Notes under the pieces: model-generated
The model's input: the letters and a program-made list of their open reading frames with translations, nothing else
What the model was told of the DNA's origin: nothing
Database searches by the model: none
Made by a program: the position numbers and the translations under genes
Assembly: GCA_003223995.1 (NCBI GenBank)
Contig: QHYA01000040.1
Coordinates: 1-41,655, forward strand
Direction of reading: 5' to 3'
DNA from: Acidobacteriota bacterium
GTDB lineage: Bacteria > Acidobacteriota > Polarisedimenticolia > QHYA01
Length of the DNA stretch: 41,655 bases
Shown here: positions 18,982 to 31,029 of the stretch, piece after piece
How the letters are laid out: every line of letters starts with the position of its first letter
Numbering within the stretch: the first letter of the stretch is position 1

Positions 18982-19989
18982 TCAGCCCGTCTGCCCCAGA
19001 ATGCTCCGGGAAATGATGATCCTCTGCACCTCGCTTGTCCCCTCGTAGATCGTCGTCACGCGCACATCCCGGTAGAGCCGTTCCACGCGGAACTCCTTCG
19101 AGTAGCCATAGCCGCCGTGGATCTGCACGGCTTCGTAGGTGACGCCCTGGGCCATCTCCGTCGCGAAGAGCTTCGCCATCGAAGATTCCCTTGGCCCATC
19201 GCCGCATCCGGCGTCGCGGTTCGCCGCGGCCCTCCAGGTCAGCAGGCGTGCGGCGTCGATGCTCGTCGCCATGTCGGCAAGCTTCGAGCGCGTCGCGCCG
19301 AACTCCGCCAGCGAGCTGCCGAAAGCCACCCGGCTCTGCGAGTAGGCCAGGGCCTCCTCCAACGCCGCCTGAGCGAGGCCAATAGCCTGGGCGGCGATGC
19401 CGATCCGGCCCGCCTCGAGGCTGGCGAGAGGGATGGACAGGCCCGCCCCCTCCTCTCCCAGCAGGTTCTCCGCCGGGATCTCGCAGTCCTGCAGCAAGAC
19501 GCTTCCCGTCTTCGATGCGCGGAGGCCCATCTTGTCCTCGAGCTTGCCGAAACGGAATCCCGGAAACTGCGGCTCGGCGATGAAGGCGCTGATCCCCTTC
19601 TTGCCTCGAGAGCTGTCGGTGACGGCGAAGATGAGAAAGACTGAGCCAATCTGGACGTTGGTCACCCAGGACTTTTCCCCGTTGAGGATCCAGCGATTCC
19701 CCTTCCGCTCGGCGCGCGTCTTGAGGGCCCCTGCGTCGGAGCCGCACGAGGGCTCGGTCAGGCAGAAGCCCCCGATCACCCGGCCGGAGGCGAGCGGCCT
19801 GAGGTAGCGCTCCTTCTGCTCCTTGGTGCCGAATCGGAGGATCGGGTAGGCGCAAACGGAGTTGGTGACCGACAGGGTCACCGCGGTAGAGGCACAGACG
19901 CGCGCGACCTCCTCGATGACGATCGCGTAGGAGACGCAGTCCAGCCCCGAACCACCCCATTCCTCCGGCACGATCAGCTCGAGATCCAT
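18982..19989 (-). CDS. Short/branched-chain acyl-CoA dehydrogenase with apparent N-terminal in-frame deletion
   Basis: [25 protein letters not shown] and IYEGTSEVQ motifs. MDLEL joins directly to IVPEEWGG, giving 335 aa, which is short for the family. Confidence 0.9.
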   Translation of the reverse strand: MDLELIVPEEWGGSGLDCVSYAIVIEEVARVCASTAVTLSVTNSVCAYPILRFGTKEQKERYLRPLASGRVIGGFCLTEPSCGSDAGALKTRAERKGNRWILNGEKSWVTNVQIGSVFLIFAVTDSSRGKKGISAFIAEPQFPGFRFGKLEDKMGLRASKTGSVLLQDCEIPAENLLGEEGAGLSIPLASLEAGRIGIAAQAIGLAQAALEEALAYSQSRVAFGSSLAEFGATRSKLADMATSIDAARLLTWRAAANRDAGCGDGPRESSMAKLFATEMAQGVTYEAVQIHGGYGYSKEFRVERLYRDVRVTTIYEGTSEVQRIIISRSILGQTG

Positions 19990-20039
19990 ACCGGGTCCTG
20001 CCGGCCGGACTGGTCTTCCGCCGGCACGGGCAGTTTAAC

Positions 20040-20585
20040 TCACGGCTCGATCAGGCCGAAGCTGCCGTCGGGGCGCCGGTACAGGACGGAGATCCTCTGG
20101 CTGATGGAGTTCCGGAAGACGACGAACTCACTGTGGCTGCCGTCGACCTCGAGCACGGCCTCTTCCGGGGTCATCGGCTTGACCAGGTAGCTGTTGGTCC
20201 GGACGATCCGGGGTGGCTCCCCGGCGGAGGGGCCGGCCATTTCCGTCTCCGGGGCCGGGGGGAGGGCCGTGCGGATGCTCTCGGCCCCTTTCTTCTTGTT
20301 GCGCCGCTTGATCTTCTCCTTGTGCTTCTTGGCCTGCCGCTCGAGCTTCTCCATGACGAGACCGATGGCGCTGTACATGTCTTCGGTCTCCCCCGACCCC
20401 GACATCGTCGCCGTCCGGGCGTGGACGACGATCTCGGCGATGTGCCTGTGCTTCTCGACGGCGAGGATCACGTGGGTCTCGATGATATCGTCGAGGTACT
20501 TGTGGAGTTTCTGGAGCTTGTCGACGGTGAATTCCCGGAGAGCGGGCGTGATCTCGATGTGCCTGCCGGTGATATCGACACTCAT
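20040..20585 (-). CDS. hpf: Ribosome hibernation promoting factor (long HPF/RaiA)
   Basis: ITGRHIEITPALR, DMYSAI and C-terminal KPMTPEEA...VLYRRPDGSFGLIE. Lies downstream of rpoN. Confidence 0.95.
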   Translation of the reverse strand: MSVDITGRHIEITPALREFTVDKLQKLHKYLDDIIETHVILAVEKHRHIAEIVVHARTATMSGSGETEDMYSAIGLVMEKLERQAKKHKEKIKRRNKKKGAESIRTALPPAPETEMAGPSAGEPPRIVRTNSYLVKPMTPEEAVLEVDGSHSEFVVFRNSISQRISVLYRRPDGSFGLIEP

Positions 20586-20600
20586 GTCCGGGCCTCCTCC

Positions 20601-22037
20601 CTAGCTGAAGACCTGCCGGCGGCTTGTGGATGAAGCTATCCGGAGCTCCTCGCGGTACTTCGCCACGGTCCTCCGAGCGATCTTCAACCCTTCGGATCGA
20701 AGCATCTTCGCGATCTCCGAATCGCTGTATGGATGATGGGGATCCTCCTCGCCGACGATTTTCCGGATCTTCTGCTTCACGGTCAGTGACGAGATGTCCT
20801 CCCCGTAGGCCGAGTGGATTCCGCTGTGGAAGAAAAACCTCATCTCATAGAGACCACGCGGAGTGTGCATGTACTTGTTGTTCACGACGCGGCTGACGGT
20901 CGATTCATGCATGCCGATGTCCTCGGCGACATCCTTGAGGATCAGGGGGCGGATCTTCTCGATGCCGGACTCGAGAAACTCACGCTGGAAGCGGACGATG
21001 CTGGTGGCGACCTTGTAGATGGTCCTCTGCCTTTCCTCCAGGCTCTTGATCAGCCGGAACGCGGAGCGGAGCTTCTCCCGCACGTAGGCCTTGGCCTCGC
21101 GGTTCGCGGCGTCGGACCCTCGCTCCACCATTCGCCGGTAGACCGGCGAGATCCTCAACCGGGGCAGCCCCTCCTCGTTCAGCAGCACCTGGTAGTCGTC
21201 GTCGATCTTCAGGACGTACACGTCCGGGACGACGTACTGCGACGAGGTGACGTTGTACTTCTGTCCGGGCTTCGGATCCAGGCCCCGAATGATCTCGAGA
21301 TAGTGTCCGAGCTCCTCCATGCTGCATCCGATCACCTCGGCCAGCTCCTTGTAGCGCTGGTTCTGGAGCTTGTCGAGGTGGTGGAGGATGATGTCCTCCT
21401 CCGGCCCCCCGTCGCCGCCGACATGGCGCAACTGGATCAGGAGGCATTCCTGGAGGTCGCGCGCGGCGACTCCGGGAGGATCGAACCCCTGAACGAACCC
21501 GAGCGTGAACTCGATCTCCTCCTTGTTGAAGGAGGGGTCCATCTTGCAGATCTCCTCGACCGTCGCCCGCAGGAAGCCGTCCTCGTCCAGGTTGCCGATG
21601 ATCGCGCGGCCGATCGCCTTGACCTGTTCGGAGGAGGTGGACAGGTCGAGCTGCCAGGCAAGATGGTCGGAGAGGCTGCTGGGCTTCGACAGGGTGTTCT
21701 CGAAAGACGGCAGTTCCTCGCGGTACTCGACCGGGGGGCGGGGGATGTACTCCCCATCGAGATCCTGGAAGAACGACTCGTAATCGATCTCGTCGTAGGG
21801 GGTTTTTTCGGGGTTCGCCTCGACCTCGGCGGGACCGTCGGGCTTCTCTGGCTGGGGGGACTCGGCTGTCTCGGTCGTGGAGCCGTCCTCGAGGACCGGG
21901 TTGTCCTCGAGCTCCTGAGCGACCTCCTCGACCAGCTCGAGCTTCGACATCTGCAGCAGCTTGATCGCCTGCTGCAGAGACGGCGTCATGATCAGCTTCT
22001 GGGAGAGCCGGACGGTCAGCTTCTGCTCGAGAGCCAT
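20601..22037 (-). CDS. rpoN: RNA polymerase sigma-54 factor
   Basis: TPSLQQAIKLLQ, HESTVSR and the RpoN box ARRTVAKYRE. Confidence 0.98.
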   Translation of the reverse strand: MALEQKLTVRLSQKLIMTPSLQQAIKLLQMSKLELVEEVAQELEDNPVLEDGSTTETAESPQPEKPDGPAEVEANPEKTPYDEIDYESFFQDLDGEYIPRPPVEYREELPSFENTLSKPSSLSDHLAWQLDLSTSSEQVKAIGRAIIGNLDEDGFLRATVEEICKMDPSFNKEEIEFTLGFVQGFDPPGVAARDLQECLLIQLRHVGGDGGPEEDIILHHLDKLQNQRYKELAEVIGCSMEELGHYLEIIRGLDPKPGQKYNVTSSQYVVPDVYVLKIDDDYQVLLNEEGLPRLRISPVYRRMVERGSDAANREAKAYVREKLRSAFRLIKSLEERQRTIYKVATSIVRFQREFLESGIEKIRPLILKDVAEDIGMHESTVSRVVNNKYMHTPRGLYEMRFFFHSGIHSAYGEDISSLTVKQKIRKIVGEEDPHHPYSDSEIAKMLRSEGLKIARRTVAKYREELRIASSTSRRQVFS

Positions 22038-22043
22038 TTCGCT

Positions 22044-22823
22044 TCAGTCCAGTCTGAATTTCTCCCCTAGATAGATCCGGCGGACTTCAGGGTCCGAGGC
22101 CAGATCCTGCGGGGTTCCGTGTCTGAAGATCCTGCCGGCGCTAATAATATAAGCTCGGTCGGTGATCTGTAAAGTTTCCCGCACGTTGTGATCGGTGATC
22201 AGCACGCCGATATGCCGTGATCGCAACTCCCGCACCAGCCGCTGGATGTCGGCAACGGCGATCGGATCGATGCCTGCGAAGGGTTCGTCCAGCAGCATGA
22301 AGGAGGGATCCGCGCACAGCGCCCGCGCGATCTCTGCGCGCCGCCTCTCTCCTCCCGAGAGTTGGTAGGAGGGGGCCGAAGCCAGACTCTCCAGGCCGAA
22401 CTCCTTGAGGAGCTCCCGGCTGCGGCGACGCATCTGTTCGCGTGCGACGCCCCGGGCCTCCAGGACTGCGAGCAGGTTCTCCTCGACCGTCAGGCGGCGG
22501 AAGATCGACGACTCCTGGGGGAGATAGCTGACCCCCTTGCGCGCGCGCAGGTACATTGGCAGATCCGTGATCTCCTCCTCGCCAAGGAAGATCCTTCCCT
22601 CATCGGGTCGCACCAAGCCGAGGATGAGATGGAAGCTGGTTGTCTTGCCAGCGCCGTTGGGTCCGAGCAGCCCGACGATCTCCCCGCGGCCGATGGAGAC
22701 CCCCACTCCCTCCACAACAAAGCGCCCGCGGCAGCGTTTCCTCAGCCCCTCGGCCCGCAACTCACCGTCTGTCGCCGCTTGCGTCCCGGCCTCGCTGGGC
22801 AAACCTGACCTTTCCACGCTCAC
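22044..22823 (-). CDS. lptB: LPS export ABC transporter ATPase LptB
   Basis: GPNGAGKTT, LSGGERRR, DEPFAGIDP and TDHNVRETL motifs, in the lptB-rpoN synteny. Confidence 0.96.
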   Translation of the reverse strand: MSVERSGLPSEAGTQAATDGELRAEGLRKRCRGRFVVEGVGVSIGRGEIVGLLGPNGAGKTTSFHLILGLVRPDEGRIFLGEEEITDLPMYLRARKGVSYLPQESSIFRRLTVEENLLAVLEARGVAREQMRRRSRELLKEFGLESLASAPSYQLSGGERRRAEIARALCADPSFMLLDEPFAGIDPIAVADIQRLVRELRSRHIGVLITDHNVRETLQITDRAYIISAGRIFRHGTPQDLASDPEVRRIYLGEKFRLD

Positions 22824-24942
22824 CCGAGCCGGCCCCCAACACGGCGATGTTATCCGTGGACAGATCGACGGTCAACGCCGGACCTTCGAAGTGGCGGCCC
22901 TGCGCCTCGTCGTCCACTGTCGCGGGCTTCAGCTCGCCGACGAGCGTCACCTTGTTTTCGGACACCAGGTGCTCGGCCCTGTCGGCGGTTCCTCTCCTCG
23001 ATCCCGAGATCAGGCTCACGTGGCCGAGGGCCTCGACTCTCTCGATCCTCCGCCCCCGCGCCGGAGAAGTCCCGGCCGAGCCCGGACCCTCCGGCCCCTG
23101 GGATTGATCCACGAGGATCTCATCAGCGTGCAGGGAGGAGCCGGTCTCCCTGTAGGAGCATCCTTCCCGGTAGCGCAGCTGTGCGGACGCCTCCTCGTAG
23201 AACATCTCCGGAGCGGAGATCGTATAGGGGATCTGATTCCCCGCCGAGGTCTGCCGGATCCCACGCGTGACCACTTCTCCCCAGGCATGAGCGATGCCCT
23301 CGTTCTGGTACAGGTCGAGGGATGCGGCCTGAAGGCTCGTCTGCTCCTGCCAGGCTCGCACCCCTCCGCGGAAGGAGGCTTCCCTGGAGGCGGAGAGAAA
23401 GACCGCATCGGGCGATTCGACGAAGACCGGTTTGCCCGAGGCGAACAGCGGGAGCGTGTCGTTCACTGATCCGTCCGAAGGCGCATCGTGGGAGCCCCGC
23501 CCGGCTGGCGGCAGCCGGACATGAACGTTCCCCTGGGCGCGGAGCTGCCCCGCGGCACTGTCGCTCTCCAGACGGTCGGCGACCACCAGCCGGTTCTCCT
23601 GCCGGATCCATGGCCGGCCCCCCTCCAGGCTGATCCGGCTTTCCGCAAACGAGGCTTGCTCGCCGCCGGCCCTCCCTTCGGGGGTCTGCATGCGCACCGA
23701 CCCCCGCGCCGTAGCCGTCCGAAGCCGCCCCGCCTCGATATCGAACGACATCTCCTGCGCCTGAAGCGTTTCTTGTCCGTCCTTCTTCTCCCTCACAAGG
23801 GTCGCCTCCGGACGGGCTTCGACAGCGCGAGGACGCCCCTCGGGGTCGAACCCTATCGCGATCTCCGGAGCTTGAAGGTGCATCGGGCCCTGTTCATCCT
23901 GGCTTTGGAGCTGCGCCTGGCCGGCCAGCACGGCCCGGCTGGGAGAGCCGGGGGCCGGACGGGACAGCTCCAAGCGGGAGGCGGCGAAGGTAATCGGAGG
24001 CCGCGACGGGGCAGCCTGCAGCAGCCCGCGCACGGAGCCCTCGAAGCGGGCCCCTGTAGGCGGCACGGAGGGACCCACGCTCACACGGTCGGCCTCGATC
24101 CATTCCTGCTCGCTGGTCTGGCCCACAAACGCCGGCGGTCCCTGGAGGCCCTGCTGTTGCTCCTGCCGGACCGCTTGGGGACCCTGGTGCGACGGGGCGG
24201 CATTTCGCTCCGGAAGCGATCTCTCCTCGGTTCCCCCGGGAGCAACAGCAGCGGCAACCTGCCCTTGCTCCGGGCCGGCGAACCGGACTCTACCCGCCAG
24301 CACGACTGGCGACTCGCTTGATTTCCGGGACACGCTGGCCGCCGTCACCGTCCATCCCGCGAGAGCTCCCTGATCGCACCGGATCGTGACGGGCCCCGCG
24401 AGCAGCACGGACCCTGTGCCGATCTCCTCTTCCAGCGTTTTCCCCTCTCCGGAGAAGCCTGGCGCGCGGAAGCGAACGGGCCCGGGAGCGGTGATCGTTT
24501 TCTCCTTCGCGAGGTATTTCGCTGAAGGAGCCTCGAACCGCTCCCCCTTCTCGCTCTGGGCGACGACGTTTCCCTCCAGCTCCACCGCCGAGATCTTCCC
24601 CTCTTCCGTCAGGACCTTTCCCTTATCCGCGGAGACGCGCACGGGTCCCGCAGGCCGCTGGATGTCGAAGGACTCGATCCCCTCCAGAAGGATGACGTTC
24701 GATTCCGTCCCGACCATGTGGCTGGCGCGCAGCGAGTAGAGAGGCTTGCCCTCCTGGGTCTGCTCGAAGATGAACTTCTTCATCTCGCTCGACGGGACGC
24801 TGGCAGAGATCGGAGGGGCAGCGCGGGCGCTGCGGGGCGGGGTCCTCCCGCGCAGGATGGAATAGGCGACGTAGCCTGCGAGGGGCACGATCAGGATCAG
24901 GATCATGACCCGCACGTATCGCGTTGGGGTTCTCATCGGCAT
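22762..24942 (-). CDS. Long membrane-anchored LptC/LptA-like beta-jellyroll LPS export protein
   Basis: N-terminal TM helix and repeated beta-strand units (LEGNVVA, ARGSVRM, AQGNVHV, ALGHVSL). Sits directly upstream of lptB. Start ATG 24942 or 24936. Confidence 0.78.
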   Translation of the reverse strand: MPMRTPTRYVRVMILILIVPLAGYVAYSILRGRTPPRSARAAPPISASVPSSEMKKFIFEQTQEGKPLYSLRASHMVGTESNVILLEGIESFDIQRPAGPVRVSADKGKVLTEEGKISAVELEGNVVAQSEKGERFEAPSAKYLAKEKTITAPGPVRFRAPGFSGEGKTLEEEIGTGSVLLAGPVTIRCDQGALAGWTVTAASVSRKSSESPVVLAGRVRFAGPEQGQVAAAVAPGGTEERSLPERNAAPSHQGPQAVRQEQQQGLQGPPAFVGQTSEQEWIEADRVSVGPSVPPTGARFEGSVRGLLQAAPSRPPITFAASRLELSRPAPGSPSRAVLAGQAQLQSQDEQGPMHLQAPEIAIGFDPEGRPRAVEARPEATLVREKKDGQETLQAQEMSFDIEAGRLRTATARGSVRMQTPEGRAGGEQASFAESRISLEGGRPWIRQENRLVVADRLESDSAAGQLRAQGNVHVRLPPAGRGSHDAPSDGSVNDTLPLFASGKPVFVESPDAVFLSASREASFRGGVRAWQEQTSLQAASLDLYQNEGIAHAWGEVVTRGIRQTSAGNQIPYTISAPEMFYEEASAQLRYREGCSYRETGSSLHADEILVDQSQGPEGPGSAGTSPARGRRIERVEALGHVSLISGSRRGTADRAEHLVSENKVTLVGELKPATVDDEAQGRHFEGPALTVDLSTDNIAVLGAGSGERGKVRFAQRGRDASGDRR

Positions 24943-25036
24943 CCGGGCCTTCGATCCCCGGTCTGGATCAGGCCCCGACCGGCAGGACCTCCCTGCCGCG
25001 GGCGGGCTGAGTGTTCCGGACCGCTCCGGGGCGGGG

Positions 25037-26287
<1,251 letters not shown>

Positions 26288-26359
26288 TTTAGCGCGATTT
26301 ACCGCGACTCGAGGAGGCTCCGCGGCCTCTTGCGTCCTCCTCCGGGGGGTGGAGTTGCG

Positions 26360-27142
26360 TTAGTGTCCCTTGAAGGACGGCTTGCGCTTTTGGACGAAGG
26401 CCGATGTCCCTTCCTTCATGTCCAGGGTCGCGAAGCAGAGGCCGAACAGCGCGGCCTCCAGCCCCATCGCCTCACCCTGGGACATCTCGCAGCCCCGGCG
26501 AATCGACTCCAGAGCGTAGCGAATGGCGATGGGGCCCTTCGCGAGAATCGTCGCGACGATCTTCTCGGCCGTCTCGATCAACTGCTGCGGATCGACGACC
26601 CGGCTGACGAGGCCGATGCGGAAGGCCTCCTCCGACGTGATCGTCTCGCCGGTCAGGATCAGGTAGGTCGCGTGGGCGCGGCCGACGACCCGGGGGAGCC
26701 TCTGGGTCCCTCCCGCTCCCGGGATCAGGCCGAGGTTGACCTCGGGCTGGCCGAACCTCGCGTTCGTGGAGCAGATCCGGATGTGGCAGGCGAGAGCCAG
26801 CTCGCAGCCCCCGCCGAGGGCGAAGCCGTTGACGGCCGCGATGACCGGTTTGGGGCAGCTCTCGATCCGGTCGAGGACCTCCTGGCCGTGCTCGGAGAAC
26901 GCCTTCCCCCCCGCCGCGTCGAGACCGGACAACTCCTCGATATCGGCCCCGGCGACGAAAGCCTTCTCACCCGCGCCGGTGATGATCATCGCGCCAGCGG
27001 AGCGGTCCGATGTGAAATCGAACACGGCATGAGCGATCTCTGTCAGCAGGCTGCTGCTGAGGGCATTCAGTTTCTGGGGACGGTTGACGGTCAATAGGGC
27101 GACGGCGCCCCGCTTCTCCAGGAGGATGTTGTCGTAGCTCAT
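26360..27142 (-). CDS. crt: Enoyl-CoA hydratase (crotonase)
   Basis: AFVAGADI, GFALGGGCEL and QPEVNLGLIPGAGGTQ motifs. Confidence 0.93.
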   Translation of the reverse strand: MSYDNILLEKRGAVALLTVNRPQKLNALSSSLLTEIAHAVFDFTSDRSAGAMIITGAGEKAFVAGADIEELSGLDAAGGKAFSEHGQEVLDRIESCPKPVIAAVNGFALGGGCELALACHIRICSTNARFGQPEVNLGLIPGAGGTQRLPRVVGRAHATYLILTGETITSEEAFRIGLVSRVVDPQQLIETAEKIVATILAKGPIAIRYALESIRRGCEMSQGEAMGLEAALFGLCFATLDMKEGTSAFVQKRKPSFKGH

Positions 27143-27154
27143 GGCCTCTCCGCT

Positions 27155-28042
27155 TCAGCGAGCGAGGAAGTCGTTCGGACGGGGCGGTTCGGTCGAGTAG
27201 TCGTAGAAACCCTTGCCGCACTTGCGGCCATGATAGCCGGCCAGGACCATGCGCTTCAGCAGCGGCGGGGGCGCGAATCGGGGTTCGCGGAACTCCTCGA
27301 ACATGATGTTGGCGATGTAGTAGGTCGTGTCGAGCCCGACCAGATCGAGCAGCGTGAAGGGGCCCATCGGGTGTCCGCATCCGAGCCTCATGGCGCTGTC
27401 GATGTCCTCGATCGATCCGACCCCCTCCTCCAGCGCCCGGATGGCGTCGAGGATATAGGGAACGAGGAGGCGATTGACGATGAAGCCGGAGCGATCGGAC
27501 GCCTGCACGGGGGTCTTCCCCAGGGAGCGGACGAAGCCGGTGGCCGTCTCCAGCACCCCCGCATCGGTAGCGAAGGTCCGCACGACCTCCACGAGCTTCA
27601 TCAGCGGGACAGGATTGAAGAAGTGCAGTCCGATGAAACAGCCTGGTCTGCCGGTGGCCGCCATCAGCTCCGTGATCGAGAGGGAAGACGTGTTGCTGGC
27701 GAAGATCGCGTCGGGCTTGCAGATCTTGTCCAGGCGCTTGAAGGTGTCCCGTTTCGGATCGAGGCTCTCGACGATCGCCTCCACGATCAGATCGCAGTCG
27801 GCCAGGTCCGCAAGGGTCGTCGTGCCGGTGAGGCGCCCCATGACGGCCGGCTTCTCCTCGGGCTTCAGCTTCCCCTTTTCGACCCCCTTGCTCAAGGACT
27901 TGTCGATGGCTGCCAGACCCTGGCGCAAGAGATCGTCGGAGACCTCGCGGACGACCGTGCGGTAGCCGGCCTGAGCTGACACCTGTGCGATGCCTGAGCC
28001 CATCAGACCGCATCCTACGACCCCTACCTTCCCGATTTTCAT
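27155..28042 (-). CDS. hbd: 3-hydroxybutyryl-CoA dehydrogenase
   Basis: [26 protein letters not shown] and HPMGP motifs. ATG at 28042. Confidence 0.95.
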   Translation of the reverse strand: MKIGKVGVVGCGLMGSGIAQVSAQAGYRTVVREVSDDLLRQGLAAIDKSLSKGVEKGKLKPEEKPAVMGRLTGTTTLADLADCDLIVEAIVESLDPKRDTFKRLDKICKPDAIFASNTSSLSITELMAATGRPGCFIGLHFFNPVPLMKLVEVVRTFATDAGVLETATGFVRSLGKTPVQASDRSGFIVNRLLVPYILDAIRALEEGVGSIEDIDSAMRLGCGHPMGPFTLLDLVGLDTTYYIANIMFEEFREPRFAPPPLLKRMVLAGYHGRKCGKGFYDYSTEPPRPNDFLAR

Positions 28043-28065
28043 GGATTTTTCCCCCGGAGGTTCTC

Positions 28066-29244
28066 TCAGCACGCCTCGACGACCATCGCCACCCCCTGCC
28101 CTCCGCCGATGCAAGCGGAGGCGACGCCGTGGCGGCCCCTGCGCCGGCGCAACTCCAGCAAGAGCGTCAGCACCAGCCGGGTGCCCGTCGCTCCAAGAGG
28201 GTGTCCCAGGGCGATCGCCCCGCCGTTGACATTGACCTTCTCGCGATCGAGCTTCAACTCCTTCTCGACCGCGAGGTACTGGGCCGCGAAAGCCTCGTTG
28301 ATCTCGAACAGGTCCACATCCTGAAGACCCAGAGACGCCCGTTCGATGGCCTTCCGGATGGCCGGCACGGGCCCGATGCCCATCATGCGGGGCTCGACCC
28401 CGGCGAAGGCCCAGGAGACTATCCGCCCCAGCGGCTTCGCTCCCGATCGTGCCGCCGCTTCGGAGGAGGCGACGATGACCGCGGCCGCCCCGTCCACGAT
28501 GCCGGAAGCATTTCCTGCCGTGACAAGCTCTCCCTTCGGGAAAGCCGGGGGGAGCCTCGCGAGCCCCTCGAGCGTGGAGTCCGGACGGCGATGGTCGTCC
28601 TCGCGGACCAGCCGGGCCTCCCTCCGCTCGAGCACCTCGACAGGGACGATCTCCTCGTCGAACTTACCGGCTCGGTAGGCCGCTTCGGCCGCTTGCTGGC
28701 TGCGCAGTGCGTAGGCGTCCGCCTGCTGGCGCGTAATCCCCTTCTCGCGGGCGAGGACCTCGGCCGTTCCCGCCATCGTCAACCCGGCGCAGTTGTCCAT
28801 CAGCGCCACCATGAGCAGATCCTCGAGCTTCCCCTCCCCCAGCCGAAGCCCGCTGCGCAGCCCCCGGATTACATGGGGGGCCTGAGTCATGTTCTCCATC
28901 CCGCCAGCAAGCACCCTTTCGGCTTCCCCGAGATGGATCATCTGCGCCCCGCTCACGATGGACTGGATTCCCGACCCGCACAGCCTGTTCACCGTCAGAG
29001 CCGGCACGCCAACCGGTAGACCGGCCTTGAGGGCGACATGACGGGCTCCGTAGGAGGCGTTGCCCGAGGTCTGGAGGGCGTTTCCGAAGACGACGTGATC
29101 GATCTCGCCCGGCCGCAGTCCGCTGCGCTCCAGAGCGGCGCGGGCGGCGATCGCCCCCAGGTCGATATCGGTGATGTCGCGGAAGTGACCCGTGTACTCG
29201 GCCATGGGCGTGCGCGCCCCGGCGATGATGACGATATCTTTCAC
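28066..29244 (-). CDS. Acetyl-CoA C-acyltransferase (thiolase)
   Basis: [22 protein letters not shown] and CIGGGQG motifs. Confidence 0.96.
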   Translation of the reverse strand: MKDIVIIAGARTPMAEYTGHFRDITDIDLGAIAARAALERSGLRPGEIDHVVFGNALQTSGNASYGARHVALKAGLPVGVPALTVNRLCGSGIQSIVSGAQMIHLGEAERVLAGGMENMTQAPHVIRGLRSGLRLGEGKLEDLLMVALMDNCAGLTMAGTAEVLAREKGITRQQADAYALRSQQAAEAAYRAGKFDEEIVPVEVLERREARLVREDDHRRPDSTLEGLARLPPAFPKGELVTAGNASGIVDGAAAVIVASSEAAARSGAKPLGRIVSWAFAGVEPRMMGIGPVPAIRKAIERASLGLQDVDLFEINEAFAAQYLAVEKELKLDREKVNVNGGAIALGHPLGATGTRLVLTLLLELRRRRGRHGVASACIGGGQGVAMVVEAC

Positions 29245-29273
29245 GGGAAATCTCTCCGGTCCGCCAGGAGCCG

Positions 29274-29282
29274 ATTCTACCA
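29274..29282 (-). promoter_or_regulatory. Extended -10 promoter element for the thiolase operon
   Basis: Minus strand TGGTAGAAT (TGn-TAGAAT), about 30 nt upstream of the GTG at 29244. Confidence 0.5.
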
Positions 29283-29337
29283 GAGGAGGCGCGGCGCGGG
29301 CGAACAGTCGCGCCGGGGTGAAGCCCCAGCGACTCCG

Positions 29338-30066
29338 TCAGAAGGGGTGAAGGGGCGTGCGGCTCCGGAAGCTCCTGCGGTAATCCGGGGAATCTTCGAT
29401 CGTGATGCTGCGGCACATCTCGGCGAGGCGGGAGCGAAGAGCCGAGCCGATGACCCCTTCCAGGGTCTCGCGTTTCTGCATCCGCTCCGTGGGGACGTCA
29501 GGAAGGTTCGAGGTCACGATCGTTGTCTTCCTCTCGTTGTAGCGAGAGGTCAGGATGTAGAAGAGGGTCTCCTGCACCCAGCCTGTCGGCCGGCCCGAGC
29601 CGAGGTCGTCGAGCACGAGAGCGTCTACGCTGACCACGGGCTGAAGGATTTCCAGCTCCGATCCCTGGGAGGCCGGATCATATGTCCCCTGGATCGCCTT
29701 GAGAAGCTCCCGAAAGTCATAGAAGAGTCCCGCCGCGCCTTTTTCCGCGATGAGCCTTTTCAAGACGGATACGGCCAGGTGGGTCTTCCCGACGCCGGGA
29801 GGGCCCAGGAACATCAGACCCCCCTCGACGTCCGGATAGGCTTGGACGAACTCGAGGGCTAGCCGGCGGGCCTTCTTCAGGTCCGCCGTCATCTCATCGA
29901 AATTTCCCAGCTCGCATTGCAGATATCTTCGGGGAACCCGCGCACGTGTCAGAAGCCGCTCCCTCCGTGAGTGGAGGGCGCAGCCACAGCGCGCTGCGAG
30001 ACGACGTCCTGCCGTCTCTACGATCCTGAAGCCTGAGCCCTCGCAGTCGGGGCAGATGGCATCCAT
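29338..30066 (-). CDS. DnaC/DnaI/IstB-family AAA+ ATPase with N-terminal Zn-binding motif (probable helicase loader)
   Basis: CPDC...RCGC, Walker A GPPGVGKT, Walker B LVLDDLG, TSN and SRLAEM. No transposase nearby. Confidence 0.88.
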   Translation of the reverse strand: MDAICPDCEGSGFRIVETAGRRLAARCGCALHSRRERLLTRARVPRRYLQCELGNFDEMTADLKKARRLALEFVQAYPDVEGGLMFLGPPGVGKTHLAVSVLKRLIAEKGAAGLFYDFRELLKAIQGTYDPASQGSELEILQPVVSVDALVLDDLGSGRPTGWVQETLFYILTSRYNERKTTIVTSNLPDVPTERMQKRETLEGVIGSALRSRLAEMCRSITIEDSPDYRRSFRSRTPLHPF

Positions 30067-30079
30067 GCGCGGCCCCCCG

Positions 30080-30940
30080 TCAGTTGAGGTAGACCCGCAG
30101 CATCTGGCACTTCGCCGATCGGCGCAGCTTCTCGAGCGCCTGGACCTCGATCTGCCGGATCCGCTCTCGTGAGAGGTTGAGCATCTCCCCGATCTCCTTC
30201 AGCGTCCTCGGCTCGTCGCCATCCAGACCGAAGCGCAGCCGGATCACGCGGCCTTCCTTCGCGTCCAACTCCCCCAGCGCGGAGCGGAGCTGGTTGCGCA
30301 TGGCCTGACGGACCAGGACCTTGTCTGCCGAGGGGATGACCGTCTGCTCGATCTTGTCCGAGAGGCGGAAGTCGTGCTCCTCGTCGATGATCGCCGAGAG
30401 GGAGATGTTCTCGTCGGAGACCTGGAGGAGGTTGGTGATCTCCTCGACCGAGACCTCCATCCGGCTGGCAAGCTCCTCGTTGGTCGGCAGACGGGCCAGC
30501 TCAGTCGTCATCGACGACTGAGTCTTGCCGATCCGGTAGAGCAGGTTCGCCTGTTTCTGTGGCAGCCGGAAGGCGCCGGAGCTCTCCGAAAGTGCATGGA
30601 TGACGGACTGGCGGATCCACCAGACCGCGTAGGTGATGAACTTGACGTTCTTCTTCGGGTCGTAACGCTTGGCAGCCTCGATCAGGCCGATGTTCCCCTC
30701 GTTGATGAGGTCGAGGAAAGACAGGCCGCAGCCGCGGTAACGCTTCGCATAGGAGACGACGAAGCGGAGGTTCGCCTCGACGAGCTTCTGCAGAGCCGGC
30801 TGGTTCCCCTTGCGGATCAGATCGCCGAGACGCCGTTCCTCCTCCACGGTGATCCGCGGGAACTTGGCGATCTCCTTCAGGTATTTTTTCAGGGACTCGG
30901 AGGTCGCGGCCCCCTTTCGCTCCGACCTTTCCTGGTCCAT
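30080..30940 (-). CDS. Sigma70-family factor, RpoD/RpoS-like, lacking region 1.1
   Basis: ANLRFVV, DLINEGNIGL, FITYAVWWIRQ and TLKEIG...SRERIRQIE motifs. Confidence 0.94.
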   Translation of the reverse strand: MDQERSERKGAATSESLKKYLKEIAKFPRITVEEERRLGDLIRKGNQPALQKLVEANLRFVVSYAKRYRGCGLSFLDLINEGNIGLIEAAKRYDPKKNVKFITYAVWWIRQSVIHALSESSGAFRLPQKQANLLYRIGKTQSSMTTELARLPTNEELASRMEVSVEEITNLLQVSDENISLSAIIDEEHDFRLSDKIEQTVIPSADKVLVRQAMRNQLRSALGELDAKEGRVIRLRFGLDGDEPRTLKEIGEMLNLSRERIRQIEVQALEKLRRSAKCQMLRVYLN

Positions 30941-30960
30941 CCGCCCTCCCTGGCGCGGGC

Positions 30961-30966
30961 ATTATA
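30961..30966 (-). promoter_or_regulatory. Consensus -10 element upstream of the sigma gene
   Basis: Minus strand TATAAT, 20 nt before ATG 30940. No well-spaced -35. Confidence 0.45.
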
Positions 30967-31029
30967 GCCCGCGATGCGGCCGCAAGGGATCCGCAGGGCC
31001 TGCAAATCTCACCAGTCAGGGGTGGCCGA

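Noticed and set aside
19998-20027. TGCCGGC...GCCGGCA inverted repeat between hpf and the acyl-CoA dehydrogenase
   Set aside because: A short GC stem with no U-tract on the coding strand, which is common by chance at this GC content.
29338-30066. IstB-like ATPase as evidence of an IS21 element or prophage
   Set aside because: There is no istA transposase, terminal repeat or phage gene nearby, and it is embedded among core genes.
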